From: Acidimicrobiia bacterium
GTDB taxonomy: Bacteria; Actinomycetota; Acidimicrobiia; Spongiisociales; ZC4RG35
Direction: 5' to 3'
Assembly (NCBI GenBank): GCA_965204615.1
Contig: OZ242000.1
Span: 1,281,803-1,345,802, forward strand
Length of the DNA stretch: 64,000 nt
Part shown: piece by piece, positions 10,041 through 20,793 of the stretch
Layout of the letters: each line of letters begins with the position of its first letter
How positions within the stretch are numbered: position 1 is the stretch's first letter
Notes under the pieces: model-generated
What the model was told of the DNA's origin: nothing
Seen by the model: only the letters and a program-made list of their open reading frames with translations
The model's database searches: none
Position numbers and translations under genes: made by a program

Positions 10041-10242
10041 CCACAGGAGCCTCGTTCGCCGTTCTGCGCGGCGACAGTTCCCGGCCACGCCTCGGACGCC
10101 CAGGCGACACGACACAGGCTTGATCGCGTTCAAAACAACCAGGCCCAGCAGGGACCCGGGGCGCAGTCGCTTGGTACCCTCCGAGCGAGAGCGCGGTGAG
10201 GATGGACAGGTGCCGTGGGGAGAAAAGAGAGAGGAGATTCAG

Positions 10243-11142
10243 GTGAGTGAGAAGCTCGGATTCATCGGGTTGGGGATCATGGGAGGGGGGATGGCAGCCA
10301 ACCTGGTACGCGCCGGATTCGACGTCACGGTGTGGAACCGGACCGCCTCCAAGATGGCGCCGGTCACCGACCTGGGCGCTTGTGCGGCGGGGTCTCCCCG
10401 GGAGGTGGCCGAACGGTCCTCGGTGGTGTTGATCTGTGTGTCCGACACCCCCGACGTGGTGGCGGTGACCGAGGGACCCGACGGGATACTTGCCGGCCTG
10501 GCGCCGGGTTCGGTGGTGGTGGATCACTCCACCATCAGCCCGTCGGAGACCCGGCGGCTGGCCGGTTTGGCGCAGGAGGCGGGGGGTTCGTGGCTGGATG
10601 GGCCGGTGAGCGGGGGAAGCGAGGGAGCCGAGTTCGGAACGCTGTCGATCATGGTGGGCGGCGAGGCTTCCGACCTCGAACGGGTGCGTCCCTATCTGGA
10701 TGCGATGGGCAAGACCATCACCCACACCGGTCCGGTGGGGTCGGGGCAGATGGTGAAGCTGGCCAACCAGATTCTGGTGGTGGTCAACATGCTGGCGGCC
10801 TCGGAGGCGCTGTTGTTCGCCGACGTCGGCGGGCTCGACCTGGACACGACCCTGGCGGCGCTGACCGGAGGGGCGGCCAACTCGTGGATGCTGGCCAACC
10901 GCGGACCGCAGATGATCGTCCGGGATTGGCGACCGGGATTCACCGTCGATCTGCAGCAAAAGGATGTCAGGTTGGTGCTGGAGGCGGCCGACGAGTTGGG
11001 CGTGCCCCTGCCGGCCACGGCATTGGTCTTCCAGCTCTATCGAGCGGTGCAGCACCAGGGCCTGGGATCGGAAGGCCAGCACGCCCTTGTGAAGGCCTTG
11101 GAGTTCATGATGGGCGCCGAGATGGGGCAGGCTCCGGAGTAG
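10243..11142 (+). CDS. NAD(P)-binding 3-hydroxyisobutyrate dehydrogenase family oxidoreductase (MmsB/GarR-like)
   Basis: GTG 10243 with GAGGAG RBS; GFIGLGIMGGGMAANL Rossmann motif; 6-phosphogluconate-DH-like C-terminal domain. Confidence 0.8.
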   Translation: MSEKLGFIGLGIMGGGMAANLVRAGFDVTVWNRTASKMAPVTDLGACAAGSPREVAERSSVVLICVSDTPDVVAVTEGPDGILAGLAPGSVVVDHSTISPSETRRLAGLAQEAGGSWLDGPVSGGSEGAEFGTLSIMVGGEASDLERVRPYLDAMGKTITHTGPVGSGQMVKLANQILVVVNMLAASEALLFADVGGLDLDTTLAALTGGAANSWMLANRGPQMIVRDWRPGFTVDLQQKDVRLVLEAADELGVPLPATALVFQLYRAVQHQGLGSEGQHALVKALEFMMGAEMGQAPE

Positions 11143-11239
11143 CAGTACGCGGCATGTAGGGCCGGCCGGCACCACTGGATTGAGGGACCAGAAGGGCCCG
11201 GATCGGCCTGGTGGCCGGGTGATGACCTGGGTTGTCGAG

Positions 11240-11626
11240 CTAGACCACCTGGTAGAGGTGGATCAGGTTTCCGCAGGTGTCGTCGAGGATGGCCTGGATG
11301 ATTTCCCCTGCGGCTGTCGGCTCCATTGTGAACCTCACGCCGAGTTGGCTCATTCGTTCGAACTCTGCCTGGATGTCCTGTGTGGCAAACGACGCCGCGG
11401 GTATGCGCTGTTCGTAGATTCCCTGCTGGTAGGTGCTGGCCACGGGGTTGTCGTTGGGTTCGAGAAGCAGTTCGATGTCATCGGGCCCTTCCGGGGAGAC
11501 CACGGTCAACCACTTGAACTCCCCCACCGGAAAGTCGTGCTTCTTGACGAAGCCGAGGACCTCGGTATAGAACCTCACTGCCTCGTCCTGGTCGTTCACG
11601 AACACGCTGGTGAGGCTGATCCTCAT
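11240..11626 (-). CDS. VOC (glyoxalase/bleomycin-resistance/dioxygenase) family protein
   Basis: 128-aa ORF, ATG start; betaalphabetabetabeta VOC-type sequence (VNDQDEAVRFYTEVLGF...). Confidence 0.7.
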   Translation of the reverse strand: MRISLTSVFVNDQDEAVRFYTEVLGFVKKHDFPVGEFKWLTVVSPEGPDDIELLLEPNDNPVASTYQQGIYEQRIPAASFATQDIQAEFERMSQLGVRFTMEPTAAGEIIQAILDDTCGNLIHLYQVV

Positions 11627-11775
11627 TGTCGCCCTCTGCCTTCTTTGAGTTGTCCGACGTGCGGGCCGTTCGTGAGCACACGTCGGCCACCCGGTGTCAA
11701 ATGCTATACCGATCGATTTGGCGGCGGCACCCTGGTCGTTAATGTCGCGTCTGGGACAGCTATCAACCGGACGAG

Positions 11776-13290
11776 ATGAAGAGACGAGCGATCGGGGCCA
11801 TCGACCAGGGGACGACCAGTAGCCGGTTCATGATCTTCGACGGGTCCGGTGCGGTGATCGCATCGGCGCAGCGGGAGTTCCCCCAGATCCTCCCCCGGCC
11901 GGGTTGGGTCGAACATGACCCTTCTGCGATCCTCGAGAGCGTGGAGGCGGTTGTTGCCGAGGCGCTCTGGGCGGCGGGCATGACGGCCCGGGACCTGGCG
12001 GCGGTGGGGATCGCCAACCAGCGGGAGACCACCCTGGTGTGGGACCGGACCAACGGGAGGCCCCTGGCCAATGCGATCGTCTGGCAGGACACCCGGACCG
12101 ATGAGATCTGTGAGAGGTTGGCCCGCGACGGCGGCATCGATCGGTTCCGAGGGCGGACCGGCCTTCCCCTGGCCACCTACTTCAGCGGGCCGAAGGCGTC
12201 CTGGCTGCTGGAGAACGCCGAGGGCGTGGCGGAGAAGGCGGCTCGCGGGGAGGCGGCCATGGGCACCGTGGACTCGTGGCTGGTCTGGAACCTGACCGGT
12301 GGGGTTGACGGAGGGAGGCATGTTACCGACGTCACCAACGCCTCTCGGACTCTGCTGATGGACCTCGACACCTTGTACTGGAGCGACGACCTGTTGGGAG
12401 CGATGGCGATCCCCCGCTCGATGATGGGCGAGGTGCTCCCCTCGATCGGCAGGGTGGGGACCGGGACCGGGGTATTGGAAGGGGTCCCCATCTCGGCGAT
12501 TCTGGGAGACCAGCAGGCCGCGCTGTTCGGCCAGACGTGTTTCGAGCCCGGTGAGGCCAAGAACACCTACGGGACCGGGTGCTTCATGCTGATGAACACC
12601 GGAGGGCGCAAGGTGCCTTCCACCCACGGACTGCTGACCACGGTGGGCTACCAGGTCGGCGGGTCCGATCCGGTGTATGCGCTGGAGGGGTCGGTGGCTG
12701 TGACGGGTTCTCTGGTGCAGTGGCTTCGGGACAACCTGGGGTTGATCTCCTCGGCAGCGGAGGTGGAGGAGTTGGCGGCCTCGGTGCCGGACAACGGAGA
12801 CGTCTACTTCGTACCTGCGTTCTCCGGTCTGTTCGCTCCCCACTGGCGAGCGGATGCCCGGGGAGTCATCACCGGCCTCACCCGGTTCGCCAATCGGGGT
12901 CACATCGCCCGGGCGGCGCTGGAGGCCACCGCCTACCAGACGCGGGAGGTCCTCGAGGCGATGCGAGCCGATTCGGGAGTGGCGTTGTCGGAGTTGCGAG
13001 TGGACGGGGGGATGGTGGCCAACGGCCTGCTCATGCAGTTCCAGTCGGACATCCTGGATGTGGAGGTGGTGTGCCCCCGGGTGAGCGAGACCACCGCATT
13101 AGGGGCTGCTTACGGCGCCGGTTTGGCCGAGGGCTTCTGGACCAACCTCGACGATCTGCGCCGGAACTGGCAGGAGGACCGCCGCTGGTCGCCCCGGATG
13201 TCGGAACAAGCCCGGGAAACCCGGTACGCCCGGTGGCAGAAGGCCGTTACCCGCTCCCTGGGGTGGATTGGGGAAGATTCAGCGAGATAG
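11776..13290 (+). CDS. glpK: glycerol kinase
   Basis: 504 aa; FGGY-family motifs ([30 protein letters not shown]); near full-length match to the GlpK pattern. Confidence 0.9.
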   Translation: MKRRAIGAIDQGTTSSRFMIFDGSGAVIASAQREFPQILPRPGWVEHDPSAILESVEAVVAEALWAAGMTARDLAAVGIANQRETTLVWDRTNGRPLANAIVWQDTRTDEICERLARDGGIDRFRGRTGLPLATYFSGPKASWLLENAEGVAEKAARGEAAMGTVDSWLVWNLTGGVDGGRHVTDVTNASRTLLMDLDTLYWSDDLLGAMAIPRSMMGEVLPSIGRVGTGTGVLEGVPISAILGDQQAALFGQTCFEPGEAKNTYGTGCFMLMNTGGRKVPSTHGLLTTVGYQVGGSDPVYALEGSVAVTGSLVQWLRDNLGLISSAAEVEELAASVPDNGDVYFVPAFSGLFAPHWRADARGVITGLTRFANRGHIARAALEATAYQTREVLEAMRADSGVALSELRVDGGMVANGLLMQFQSDILDVEVVCPRVSETTALGAAYGAGLAEGFWTNLDDLRRNWQEDRRWSPRMSEQARETRYARWQKAVTRSLGWIGEDSAR

Positions 13291-13464
13291 GCCCGGGGAG
13301 GAATGAAGAGGGACCGGGCCATCTACAGGGCCCTGGTAGGCGTCCAAGAATGCTTGGGCGGTGCGACGATGCTGCTCGGCCAGCCGCTCCCGTTCGCTCT
13401 CGTGGTAACCGCATTGGGTGACTATCTCGTCGATGGTGGACGTCAACCGGTTGAATTTCACCAT
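13279..13464 (-). CDS. small hypothetical protein (61 aa); may extend upstream to GTG at 13746 (155 aa, acidic Cys/His-rich N-terminus)
   Basis: ATG at 13464 preceded by AAGGAG RBS at 7-nt spacing; convergent 12-nt overlap with glpK end; no recognisable family. Confidence 0.3.
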   Translation of the reverse strand: MVKFNRLTSTIDEIVTQCGYHESERERLAEQHRRTAQAFLDAYQGPVDGPVPLHSSPGLSR

Positions 13465-13882
13465 GCGAGGCTCCTTTTGGTGGGGAACCCAAAAGTCGGC
13501 GTCCTCGGGATCGTGATAGGCGAGTTCCTCGTACGGGACCGAGGCGCTCAACATCTCACACTCATCCTCATCAAGCACATAGGGAGGGCATTCATGGCCC
13601 TCCGACCGATGTCCGGTGTCTCCCTCCATGCAGAGCATGTTACCCGGACTATCAGCCGAGCGACCGTGCCAAATGGCATCCGTGCACCTGTGGTGGGCGT
13701 CCGTTTTTCCCAAAACCGCCGCCAAGGGCAGGCCAGGGGCCTCCACTATGCTCTCCTAAGCTGCGTCAATCCTATGAGCTGGACGTCACCGATGAGCAGA
13801 CGACCCACGCCGGCACCCGCGAGCCCATCAGGACCGCAGCGGGCCAGCAGACCCAATGCTCACACCGGAGAACGGACGGCCT

Positions 13883-15079
13883 TCAGGAAGAGATTGTCCG
13901 ATCCGAGATCAGACCGGTTTGGGGATCGCTCAGAATCAACTTGCGCCGCCCGTCGGGAAGTAACTCCTCCTTGACGACGTCAAGGCCCTGATAGGTGTCG
14001 GCGCTTCGACCGATGCGGGGAGTCGAACCTTCCCGCCACTGCGCTTTCACGGGCTCCCATTGCCGAGTGTCGGCAGACTTGTAGGCGGCGTCGAGGATTG
14101 CATTGACAATGTAACCGTCGTAGAAAGTTTCCTGGGGCTCGCGGCCCTCGTCCATGGCATTGAACATATCGGTGAACATATTGACATAGCCCAGTTCGAA
14201 TACTTCGTCCCCCACCGGGAAGAGCCAGCCTTCGGTGGACTCCAACTTCTCGGCCACGTATCCCCCGCCGGTTCCGGCGGTGTACATCTCGATCCCGGTT
14301 CGCAGGAAGTGGTTGAGCCAGATGGTGCCGGCCGTCCCGGCCACCTCATCACGGAGGTCCATCCCTCCCCGGAAAGTCCAGCTGACCTCCACCTGGCCAA
14401 TGGCCCCTGACTCGAACCTGATCAGGACCACAGCGTTGTCCTCGGCCTTGATGGGATGAACCAGAGTATCGGCATGACACATCACTTCCAAGGGTCGGTT
14501 GTCCTTTCCGACATAGTTGCGGATGATCTCGATGCAGTGGCATCCGAGATCCACCAACGCTCCGCCCCCGGCCCTTTCGATCTCCCAGAACCACGCGCTG
14601 TGAGGGCCCGGATGGGTTTCGCGGGATCTCGCCCAGGTCACATCGCCAATCGCTCCGTTCCTGACCGCCGCAGCCGCTTTGAGGCCTTTGGGCGTGTAGC
14701 AGAGATCCTCCAGATAGCCGGTGAACACTCCCGCCTCCTCCACGCATTCGAGGATTCTCCGGGCTTCGGCAGCGGTGCGGGCCAACGGCTTGGTGCACAA
14801 CACCGCCTTGCCCGCCTCGGCCGTCAACCGGATCGCCTCCTCGTGGAGATGATTGGGAAGCCCCACTACCACCACATCGGTATCCGGGTGATTGATGGCT
14901 TCCTCCATGGAGTTCGTATACACCGGGATGCCCCAACGCTGGGAAAAGGCATCACCCCTCTCCTCCGTGCGGGAATAGACCACCCCCACTCGGTCTCTAC
15001 CCCGCTGACTATGAAGTGTCATGGTATAGAAGTCGCCGATCAAACCGGTTCCCAGCATGGTCACACTATGGCTTTTCAT
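13883..15079 (-). CDS. Gfo/Idh/MocA family NAD(P)-dependent oxidoreductase
   Basis: 398 aa; strong AAGGAGG RBS; N-terminal Rossmann ([13 protein letters not shown]) and C-terminal alpha/beta domain typical of the family; last gene of the nag-type operon. Confidence 0.85.
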   Translation of the reverse strand: MKSHSVTMLGTGLIGDFYTMTLHSQRGRDRVGVVYSRTEERGDAFSQRWGIPVYTNSMEEAINHPDTDVVVVGLPNHLHEEAIRLTAEAGKAVLCTKPLARTAAEARRILECVEEAGVFTGYLEDLCYTPKGLKAAAAVRNGAIGDVTWARSRETHPGPHSAWFWEIERAGGGALVDLGCHCIEIIRNYVGKDNRPLEVMCHADTLVHPIKAEDNAVVLIRFESGAIGQVEVSWTFRGGMDLRDEVAGTAGTIWLNHFLRTGIEMYTAGTGGGYVAEKLESTEGWLFPVGDEVFELGYVNMFTDMFNAMDEGREPQETFYDGYIVNAILDAAYKSADTRQWEPVKAQWREGSTPRIGRSADTYQGLDVVKEELLPDGRRKLILSDPQTGLISDRTISS

Positions 15080-15151
15080 TTTGTTTCCTCCTTGACTCGA
15101 CCTGCCTCAGCAATGCAGGAGATCCAATACATAATTTCAATCTCTCCTCTG

Positions 15152-16273
15152 TCAGCGGTGATAGACCTCCATTCCGCCGCGGAGAGTGCGCACCACTCGG
15201 TAGTCAGTGTCCAGCACGACGATGTCGGCGACGCTTCCAGGCTGCATATCTCCCAAAGAGGGGCGACCCAGTAGCCGAGCGGGTGTTTCCGTGGCGGCTC
15301 GGAGGGCTGATACCGCCGGCAGCCCCAGGTCCACAACATTGCGAACCGCTCTGTCCATGGTCAGGAGGCTGCCCGCCAGGGTTCCATCGCCAAGATGCGC
15401 CCGGTCACCGCTGATCTCGATCCGACGGCCTCCCAGTCCGGCGCGCCCCGGCGCAGACACGCCCGCCGCCGCGATGGCATCGGTGGTCAGGAAGACCCTG
15501 TGGCCGGCCACCTTGAACACCAGCCTTACCACCTCCGGAGCCAGGTGACGCCCGTCGACTATTAGAGCCACCGACACCCGGTCATCGTCCAGGGCTGCTC
15601 CCGGTATGCCCGGACGGCGGTGATGTAGCCCACTCTGGGCGTTGAACAGGTGATTGACCGCCACCGCGCCGGCGTCGATAGCCGCCCGGGCCATCTCGAC
15701 GGTTGCGTCGGAATGCCCGATGGACACCCGGACTCCGCCTCGGACGAAGACTTCGATGGCCTCCAGAACACCCCGCACCTCGGGCGCCACCGTCACCCAA
15801 CTCACCTGAGGGTGGGAGACTATCCATCCCACCAGGTCGCTTGTCGCCTCCCGGAAGTTGGCCGGATCATGAGCGCCTTGCTTAGCAGGAGACAGAAGGG
15901 GTCCCTCCAGGTGGACACCGACCATCCCCGGTGTGGTGACAAGAGCCTCCGCCGCCACGGCCAGTGCGTGCTCGTAGGTCTCCCAGGGAAGCGAGATGAA
16001 GGTCGGCTGAAAGGTGGTGACTCCAGTGGCTGCCATGGCTGAGGCGGCTTTGTGATAACCCTCCACATCGGCCACAGCAAAATCCACCCCCGCAAAACCA
16101 TTCACCTGATGATCAATGTAGCCCGCCACGGCCAGGTAACCGCTTCCGTCCGATGACAGACCCACCTCACCAATGCGCCCGCCGACGGTGCTGGCATCCC
16201 CTTCGACCATCCGCCCGGCCACCAGCACTGCATCTACTCCCAGACGCGACCGGTTTCCCAGGTGATCGACCAC
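15152..16273 (-). CDS. nagA: N-acetylglucosamine-6-phosphate deacetylase
   Basis: 373 aa; GYIDHQVNGFAGVDF metal-binding region and overall NagA architecture; GTG start. Confidence 0.8.
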   Translation of the reverse strand: MVDHLGNRSRLGVDAVLVAGRMVEGDASTVGGRIGEVGLSSDGSGYLAVAGYIDHQVNGFAGVDFAVADVEGYHKAASAMAATGVTTFQPTFISLPWETYEHALAVAAEALVTTPGMVGVHLEGPLLSPAKQGAHDPANFREATSDLVGWIVSHPQVSWVTVAPEVRGVLEAIEVFVRGGVRVSIGHSDATVEMARAAIDAGAVAVNHLFNAQSGLHHRRPGIPGAALDDDRVSVALIVDGRHLAPEVVRLVFKVAGHRVFLTTDAIAAAGVSAPGRAGLGGRRIEISGDRAHLGDGTLAGSLLTMDRAVRNVVDLGLPAVSALRAATETPARLLGRPSLGDMQPGSVADIVVLDTDYRVVRTLRGGMEVYHR

Positions 16274-16384
16274 AGTCAGCTAACGCTCCACACCCGGGCG
16301 CTCGTGCGCCCTCCCATCATGGCCACCGCCGGCCGGCACCGAAGGGGGTAGCTTGATCGGTGCCATTCGATGCCTCCGTGACGC

Positions 16385-17197
16385 TCAATGTGAATGAGAC
16401 CACCCAATGTCTCCCCGGATGCATGCATCCACCCCGAAGTCGTACGCCTGACGGTAAAAGTCGGCGTGCTGCAAACGGGAGGCAGCGGCCTCGTCCACAA
16501 TCACCCTCACCCGGGGGTGCAACTGCAGAGCGGAAGCCGGAACCATGGCAGTTAGAGGTCCCTCGATTGCGGCGGCAACCGGCGCCGCTTTTGCCTCACC
16601 GGCGGCAATCAGAACCAAATGCCGGGCATCAAGAATCGTTCCGATGCCTTGTGTCATGACAAGCCTTGGCACCGACTTGAGATCATGGCCGAAAAACCGA
16701 GCATTGTCCTGACGAGTGACTTCGGTGAGAACCGCCAACCGCGTCCTGGAGGCAAATGACGAAGAGGGCTCATTGAACCCTATGTGCCCGTTCCTGCCTA
16801 TCCCCAACAGTTGAACGTCGATCCCTCCCGCAGCGGCTATGGCTTCCTCATATGCGGAGGCAACTTCTCCTGGTCTGGAAGGACCGCCATCAAGACTGTA
16901 AACAGCCCCTTCGGGAAAGTCGACATGCGCGGTGAAGTCCCGCATGATCACCGCTCGGTATCTCTCAGGATGGTCAGATCCAAGACCCACATATTCGTCA
17001 AGAAGAAAAGCGTGAGCTGAACTGAACGATATCTCTCCCCGGCGGTATCTGGAGATCAGTTCCCGATAGGTCAGCAATGGCGTGTTGCCGGTGGCCAAGC
17101 CTAAAACCGGTTGCTCGCACCGGGCCAGTACCCGGCAAACAACGTCTGCGGCGACTATGGCGACTTCCGCCGCCGAAGAGGCGATGACGATCTCCAT
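16385..17197 (-). CDS. nagB: glucosamine-6-phosphate deaminase
   Basis: ATG at 17197 (MEIVIASS...); motifs LGLATGNTP, FLLDEYVG, LLGIGRNGHIGFNEP. Confidence 0.8.
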   Translation of the reverse strand: MEIVIASSAAEVAIVAADVVCRVLARCEQPVLGLATGNTPLLTYRELISRYRRGEISFSSAHAFLLDEYVGLGSDHPERYRAVIMRDFTAHVDFPEGAVYSLDGGPSRPGEVASAYEEAIAAAGGIDVQLLGIGRNGHIGFNEPSSSFASRTRLAVLTEVTRQDNARFFGHDLKSVPRLVMTQGIGTILDARHLVLIAAGEAKAAPVAAAIEGPLTAMVPASALQLHPRVRVIVDEAAASRLQHADFYRQAYDFGVDACIRGDIGWSHSH

Positions 17198-17287
17198 ATT
17201 CGCAGTCCCCCTAAGATCAGAACCGCGATTCGCGCGGTGCAGCACCCGGATATCCATGAGATGGGCGGGTGTCTGCTCCTACGGTCA

Positions 17288-18295
17288 TCATCTCTTACCG
17301 GGTTGTTCGAAAGCCGCCAGGGTTGCCGCTCCCAGGGCGCCGAGAGGAACTGCCGGTCTGAGCAACAGCCTGTCAGCCAGGTTGATGTCTCTGACAAAAT
17401 CGGACTGGCGGGCCATTCTTTCCAAAGCCGATCCAATGCTGTCGATGAGGAACATTCCGGCGTCCGCCACCCCACCTCCCAACACGATCAACTCTATGTC
17501 AAAGGTGATCGTCAGCAAATAGATCGAGCGAGCCAAGTGGTCGGCAACCCGGTCGGCGACTTCAACCGCGTCCTTATCGCCGGTCGATGCGGCATGGAAC
17601 AAATCCCGGGCGGCGGCCTCCGAGTCGCTGCCCGGCCATTGACGGGCGATCGCCGGTCCCGAAGCAACCGTTTCCAAACAGCCGAACAGACCACACCTGC
17701 ACCGGGGACCGTCGGGCAATACCGGAAAATGCCCTATCTCCCCGCTTACTCCTGCATGGCCCCGGTGGATCTTGCCGCCTATGATCACTCCCGCCCCCAC
17801 GCCGGTACCGATACTCAGGAAGACAAGATCGTTTATCGATCTGGTTCGCGAAAGGAAGACGTATGCGCCAAGACCTGCGAGTTCTACATCGTTGCCTATC
17901 AGGATTGGGACTTTGTGGACAGACCGCAGCGGCGTTACGAGATCGAGAGGAGCTTTGTCGATACCAAGATTTACAGCCTGTCGCACCAATCCCGTCATCG
18001 GGTCAACCAATCCGGGCGCCCCGATACCCACAGCCGCGATTGCGGCAGGGGAGATCAGCCCCAGGACTTCGTCGACGACCTCGAGCGCCGTATCCACCAG
18101 CGCACGGCCATTGCCGGTGGGGGTCCTACGGCATGACTCGGCTATTGGTTGAAAGTCTTCGTCAAAAACGGCCGCTTGTGTCTTGAAGCCGCCGATGTCA
18201 ATGCCGATGACCGTCCCGGGCTGTGCAGACTTCGCCAGGCTCACCAGGGATTGTGGGGAAAATGAGGGTCGCCGGGACGGTCTCCGGACATTCAT
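17288..18295 (-). CDS. ROK-family sugar kinase (putative N-acetylglucosamine kinase/glucokinase)
   Basis: VIGIDIGGFKT ATP-binding motif, CRCGLFGCLE zinc motif of ROK kinases; start uncertain (ATG 18295 or internal GTG). Confidence 0.75.
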   Translation of the reverse strand: MNVRRPSRRPSFSPQSLVSLAKSAQPGTVIGIDIGGFKTQAAVFDEDFQPIAESCRRTPTGNGRALVDTALEVVDEVLGLISPAAIAAVGIGAPGLVDPMTGLVRQAVNLGIDKAPLDLVTPLRSVHKVPILIGNDVELAGLGAYVFLSRTRSINDLVFLSIGTGVGAGVIIGGKIHRGHAGVSGEIGHFPVLPDGPRCRCGLFGCLETVASGPAIARQWPGSDSEAAARDLFHAASTGDKDAVEVADRVADHLARSIYLLTITFDIELIVLGGGVADAGMFLIDSIGSALERMARQSDFVRDINLADRLLLRPAVPLGALGAATLAAFEQPGKR

Positions 18296-18335
18296 AGAAA
18301 GTCGCAGACCGTTCCCATAGCAGCGCCGCTGCGGT

Positions 18336-19238
18336 TCATTTCACAGCACCTTCGGTAAGGCCCCCGAGAAACTGCCGAGAGAAGACCACGTAGAGTACAA
18401 CAATGGGGACCATCGCCAGGGTGAGGGCCGCCAATATCGCGTTCCAGTCCGAGGCGAACTGGCCCAAGAAAGCCTGGGTGCCAAGCGTCACCGTCTTGGT
18501 GCTTTCACCCGGAGCCAAGATGAGCGGAAACCACAAGTCATTCCAAACCGGGAGCATGGTGAACACCGCCACCGCGGCCATCCCCGACCTTACCAAGGGA
18601 AGCACCATCGCAAAGACGCGATACTCGTTGGCGCCGTCGACTCGCGCGGCAGCCTTGAGGTCTTTTGGGACCTGACGCATGAATTGGCTCATCAAGAACA
18701 CCCCCAGCGGGATTCCCATAGCCGTATAGACCAGAATTAGAGCCCACAGCGTGTTCACTAGGTTCAGTCGGACCATTAGATCCAAGATGCTGACAGTTCC
18801 GAGCCGAATGGGAATCATAATCCCAATAGCGAGGTACAGTCCCAACAGTGTATTCCCCGGGAACCCGTATTCCACCAGGGCGTAGGCCGCCATGGTCGAC
18901 AAACCCACTACCAACCCGAGAGAGACTACCGTTACAAAAATACTGTTGGAAAAATAGATATGAAATGAAGACCCTTCGATCACCGTCCGATATCCCCTGA
19001 GATCAAAAGTTTCGGCCGTGGGAAACGTAAAAGGAGTATCGAAGATGGCACGACGGGATTTGAGCGAATTGGCAACAATCAGGACCATGGGACCTAAGGC
19101 CAGCAGAGTATATGCCACTAGAACAGTTTGTACGCCTGTCGAACCCAGCCGAAAGTTCTTCTGTAGTCTTCCACTGCCGTTTTCACCAGAGGATGTTAGG
19201 TCAGCGGGGGACGGGTTCAGAGAGGGGTGGCTGGTCAT
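18336..19238 (-). CDS. carbohydrate ABC transporter permease (MalG/AraQ-like)
   Basis: ATG 19238 overlaps upstream stop (ATGA); six-TM permease with EAA-loop-like region (AARVDGANEYRVF...). Confidence 0.8.
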   Translation of the reverse strand: MTSHPSLNPSPADLTSSGENGSGRLQKNFRLGSTGVQTVLVAYTLLALGPMVLIVANSLKSRRAIFDTPFTFPTAETFDLRGYRTVIEGSSFHIYFSNSIFVTVVSLGLVVGLSTMAAYALVEYGFPGNTLLGLYLAIGIMIPIRLGTVSILDLMVRLNLVNTLWALILVYTAMGIPLGVFLMSQFMRQVPKDLKAAARVDGANEYRVFAMVLPLVRSGMAAVAVFTMLPVWNDLWFPLILAPGESTKTVTLGTQAFLGQFASDWNAILAALTLAMVPIVVLYVVFSRQFLGGLTEGAVK

Positions 19239-20143
19239 AGCTCGTAAGTGGTGACTCGACGTTGCCAGGCAAAGGTATAGACCAAGACTCCAAGCAGGAT
19301 GATCAAGAACATCGCCGAGGCAACAGTTGCTCCCATCGCCGGACTGCCAAGGCGCAGTTGAAAGCCAAAGAAGCTGCGATAAAACAAAATGCCCATAATG
19401 TCGGAGGCGAAGTCCGGGCCGGCCAGAGCCCCTTTGACCGTGTAGATGAGATCGAAAGCATTGAAGTTGGCGACATAGGTTACGATGGTGATTATTCCCA
19501 GCATGGGAAGCACCAGCGGGAAGGTTATCTTCCAGAACACTTTCCAAGACGAGGCACCATCCACATTGGCTGCCTCAATAAGCTCAGACGGTATAGCCAC
19601 CAGCACTGCATAGAAAAAGATCATCGGGATTCCCACAAACTGCCACACAGAAATCAAAGACAACGTTGGAAGAACGGTATGGGCTTCGCCTAACAATGGC
19701 GTTTCGATTACTCCCCACAACGGACTGAGAATCTGCCGCCATATGAACCCGACGATCACCACGGACAGCGTCGTGGGTATGAAGATGAGGGTTCGATAGA
19801 TTCGTTGGCCCCAAATCCCGGGCGCGGTCAGGAAGGCGGCCAAGAGAAGAGCCAGCGGATTCTGCAACAAGAGATGGAAACCGAAGAATAGGAAATTGTT
19901 TCTCAAGGCATTCCAGAACTGAGTGGACCATAGATCGTCGGTGAAAAGCGTGCGGAAATTGTCCGTCCCGACAAATACGCCAGCATCGTCAAAGAAGCTC
20001 AGCCGCAGGGAATCCAATAAGGGATACACCATGAAGACCGTGTAGATCACCACAGCCGGCGCCAAGAAAACGATGATGTGCCAAGATGCGCCACGTTTGC
20101 TCCGGCCGGATAACCACTTCTTTTCTCTGACTGTCTTCAACAT
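19235..20143 (-). CDS. carbohydrate ABC transporter permease (MalF/AraP-like)
   Basis: ATG at 20143 downstream of hairpin; EAANVDGASSWKVFWKITFP EAA motif. Confidence 0.8.
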   Translation of the reverse strand: MLKTVREKKWLSGRSKRGASWHIIVFLAPAVVIYTVFMVYPLLDSLRLSFFDDAGVFVGTDNFRTLFTDDLWSTQFWNALRNNFLFFGFHLLLQNPLALLLAAFLTAPGIWGQRIYRTLIFIPTTLSVVIVGFIWRQILSPLWGVIETPLLGEAHTVLPTLSLISVWQFVGIPMIFFYAVLVAIPSELIEAANVDGASSWKVFWKITFPLVLPMLGIITIVTYVANFNAFDLIYTVKGALAGPDFASDIMGILFYRSFFGFQLRLGSPAMGATVASAMFLIILLGVLVYTFAWQRRVTTYEL

Positions 20144-20165
20144 TCGGTTGTTCGTTTCATTTATG

Positions 20166-20195
20166 GGTGGGGACGGGAGAGATCCCGTCCCCACC
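20166..20195 (-). terminator. perfect 13-bp stem / 4-nt loop hairpin between binding-protein and permease genes (putative attenuator / mRNA stabiliser)
   Basis: GGTGGGGACGGGA-GAGA-TCCCGTCCCCACC read directly. Confidence 0.4.
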
Positions 20196-20793
20196 ACATT
20201 CTTTACGAGAGAACCGTCAACCCAAGAGGCCTAACCGGCCGGGGTGTACCAGGAATCCAATCCTTCTTGGAGCCGCTGGACTGCTTCTTCGGGAGTTGTG
20301 GTCCCGTTGACGACCGCCGCGCTGGTAGCCCAGAGCTCCTCCTCCAGATTCGGTTGCCCGCGGGAGAGAATCTGGTATGAGTTACGAATCGTCGACTCGC
20401 ACTCTTCCCGCCAGGACACGAATTCCTGGGCCACGGGATCGGTCAGATCTACAGGGGTGTCCTGCAAGCTGAAGAATCCGGGGAGAGCGTTGGCATAAAG
20501 GCCTGCGAAAGCCGGAGACGCCACCCACGACAGGAAGGTCCGAGCTGCTTCCACGTTGGGGGAGGCAGCGTTCATGCCTAATGCGATGTCGGTGTGATCG
20601 CTGATGTAACAGGTCTCTTGCCCAGCCGGAAGCGGGGGCTTGAACGCACTGTACTCAAAGTCCGCATTGGCGTTGAAACCGGCTATTTCCCAGGAGCCCG
20701 CCGGATAAATGGCAGCTTGACCAAGCGTTGATGACGATCAGCGAAAGTGCCCAGAGTCGATCAGCGAAAGTTCCCACCCTGGGTTGGGTGGTT

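Noticed and set aside
13303-13974. 223-aa plus-strand ORF downstream of glpK
   Set aside because: Shadow-type composition. The opposite strand carries an ORF with a strong AAGGAG RBS, and the region is the 3' flank of the minus-strand nag-type operon.
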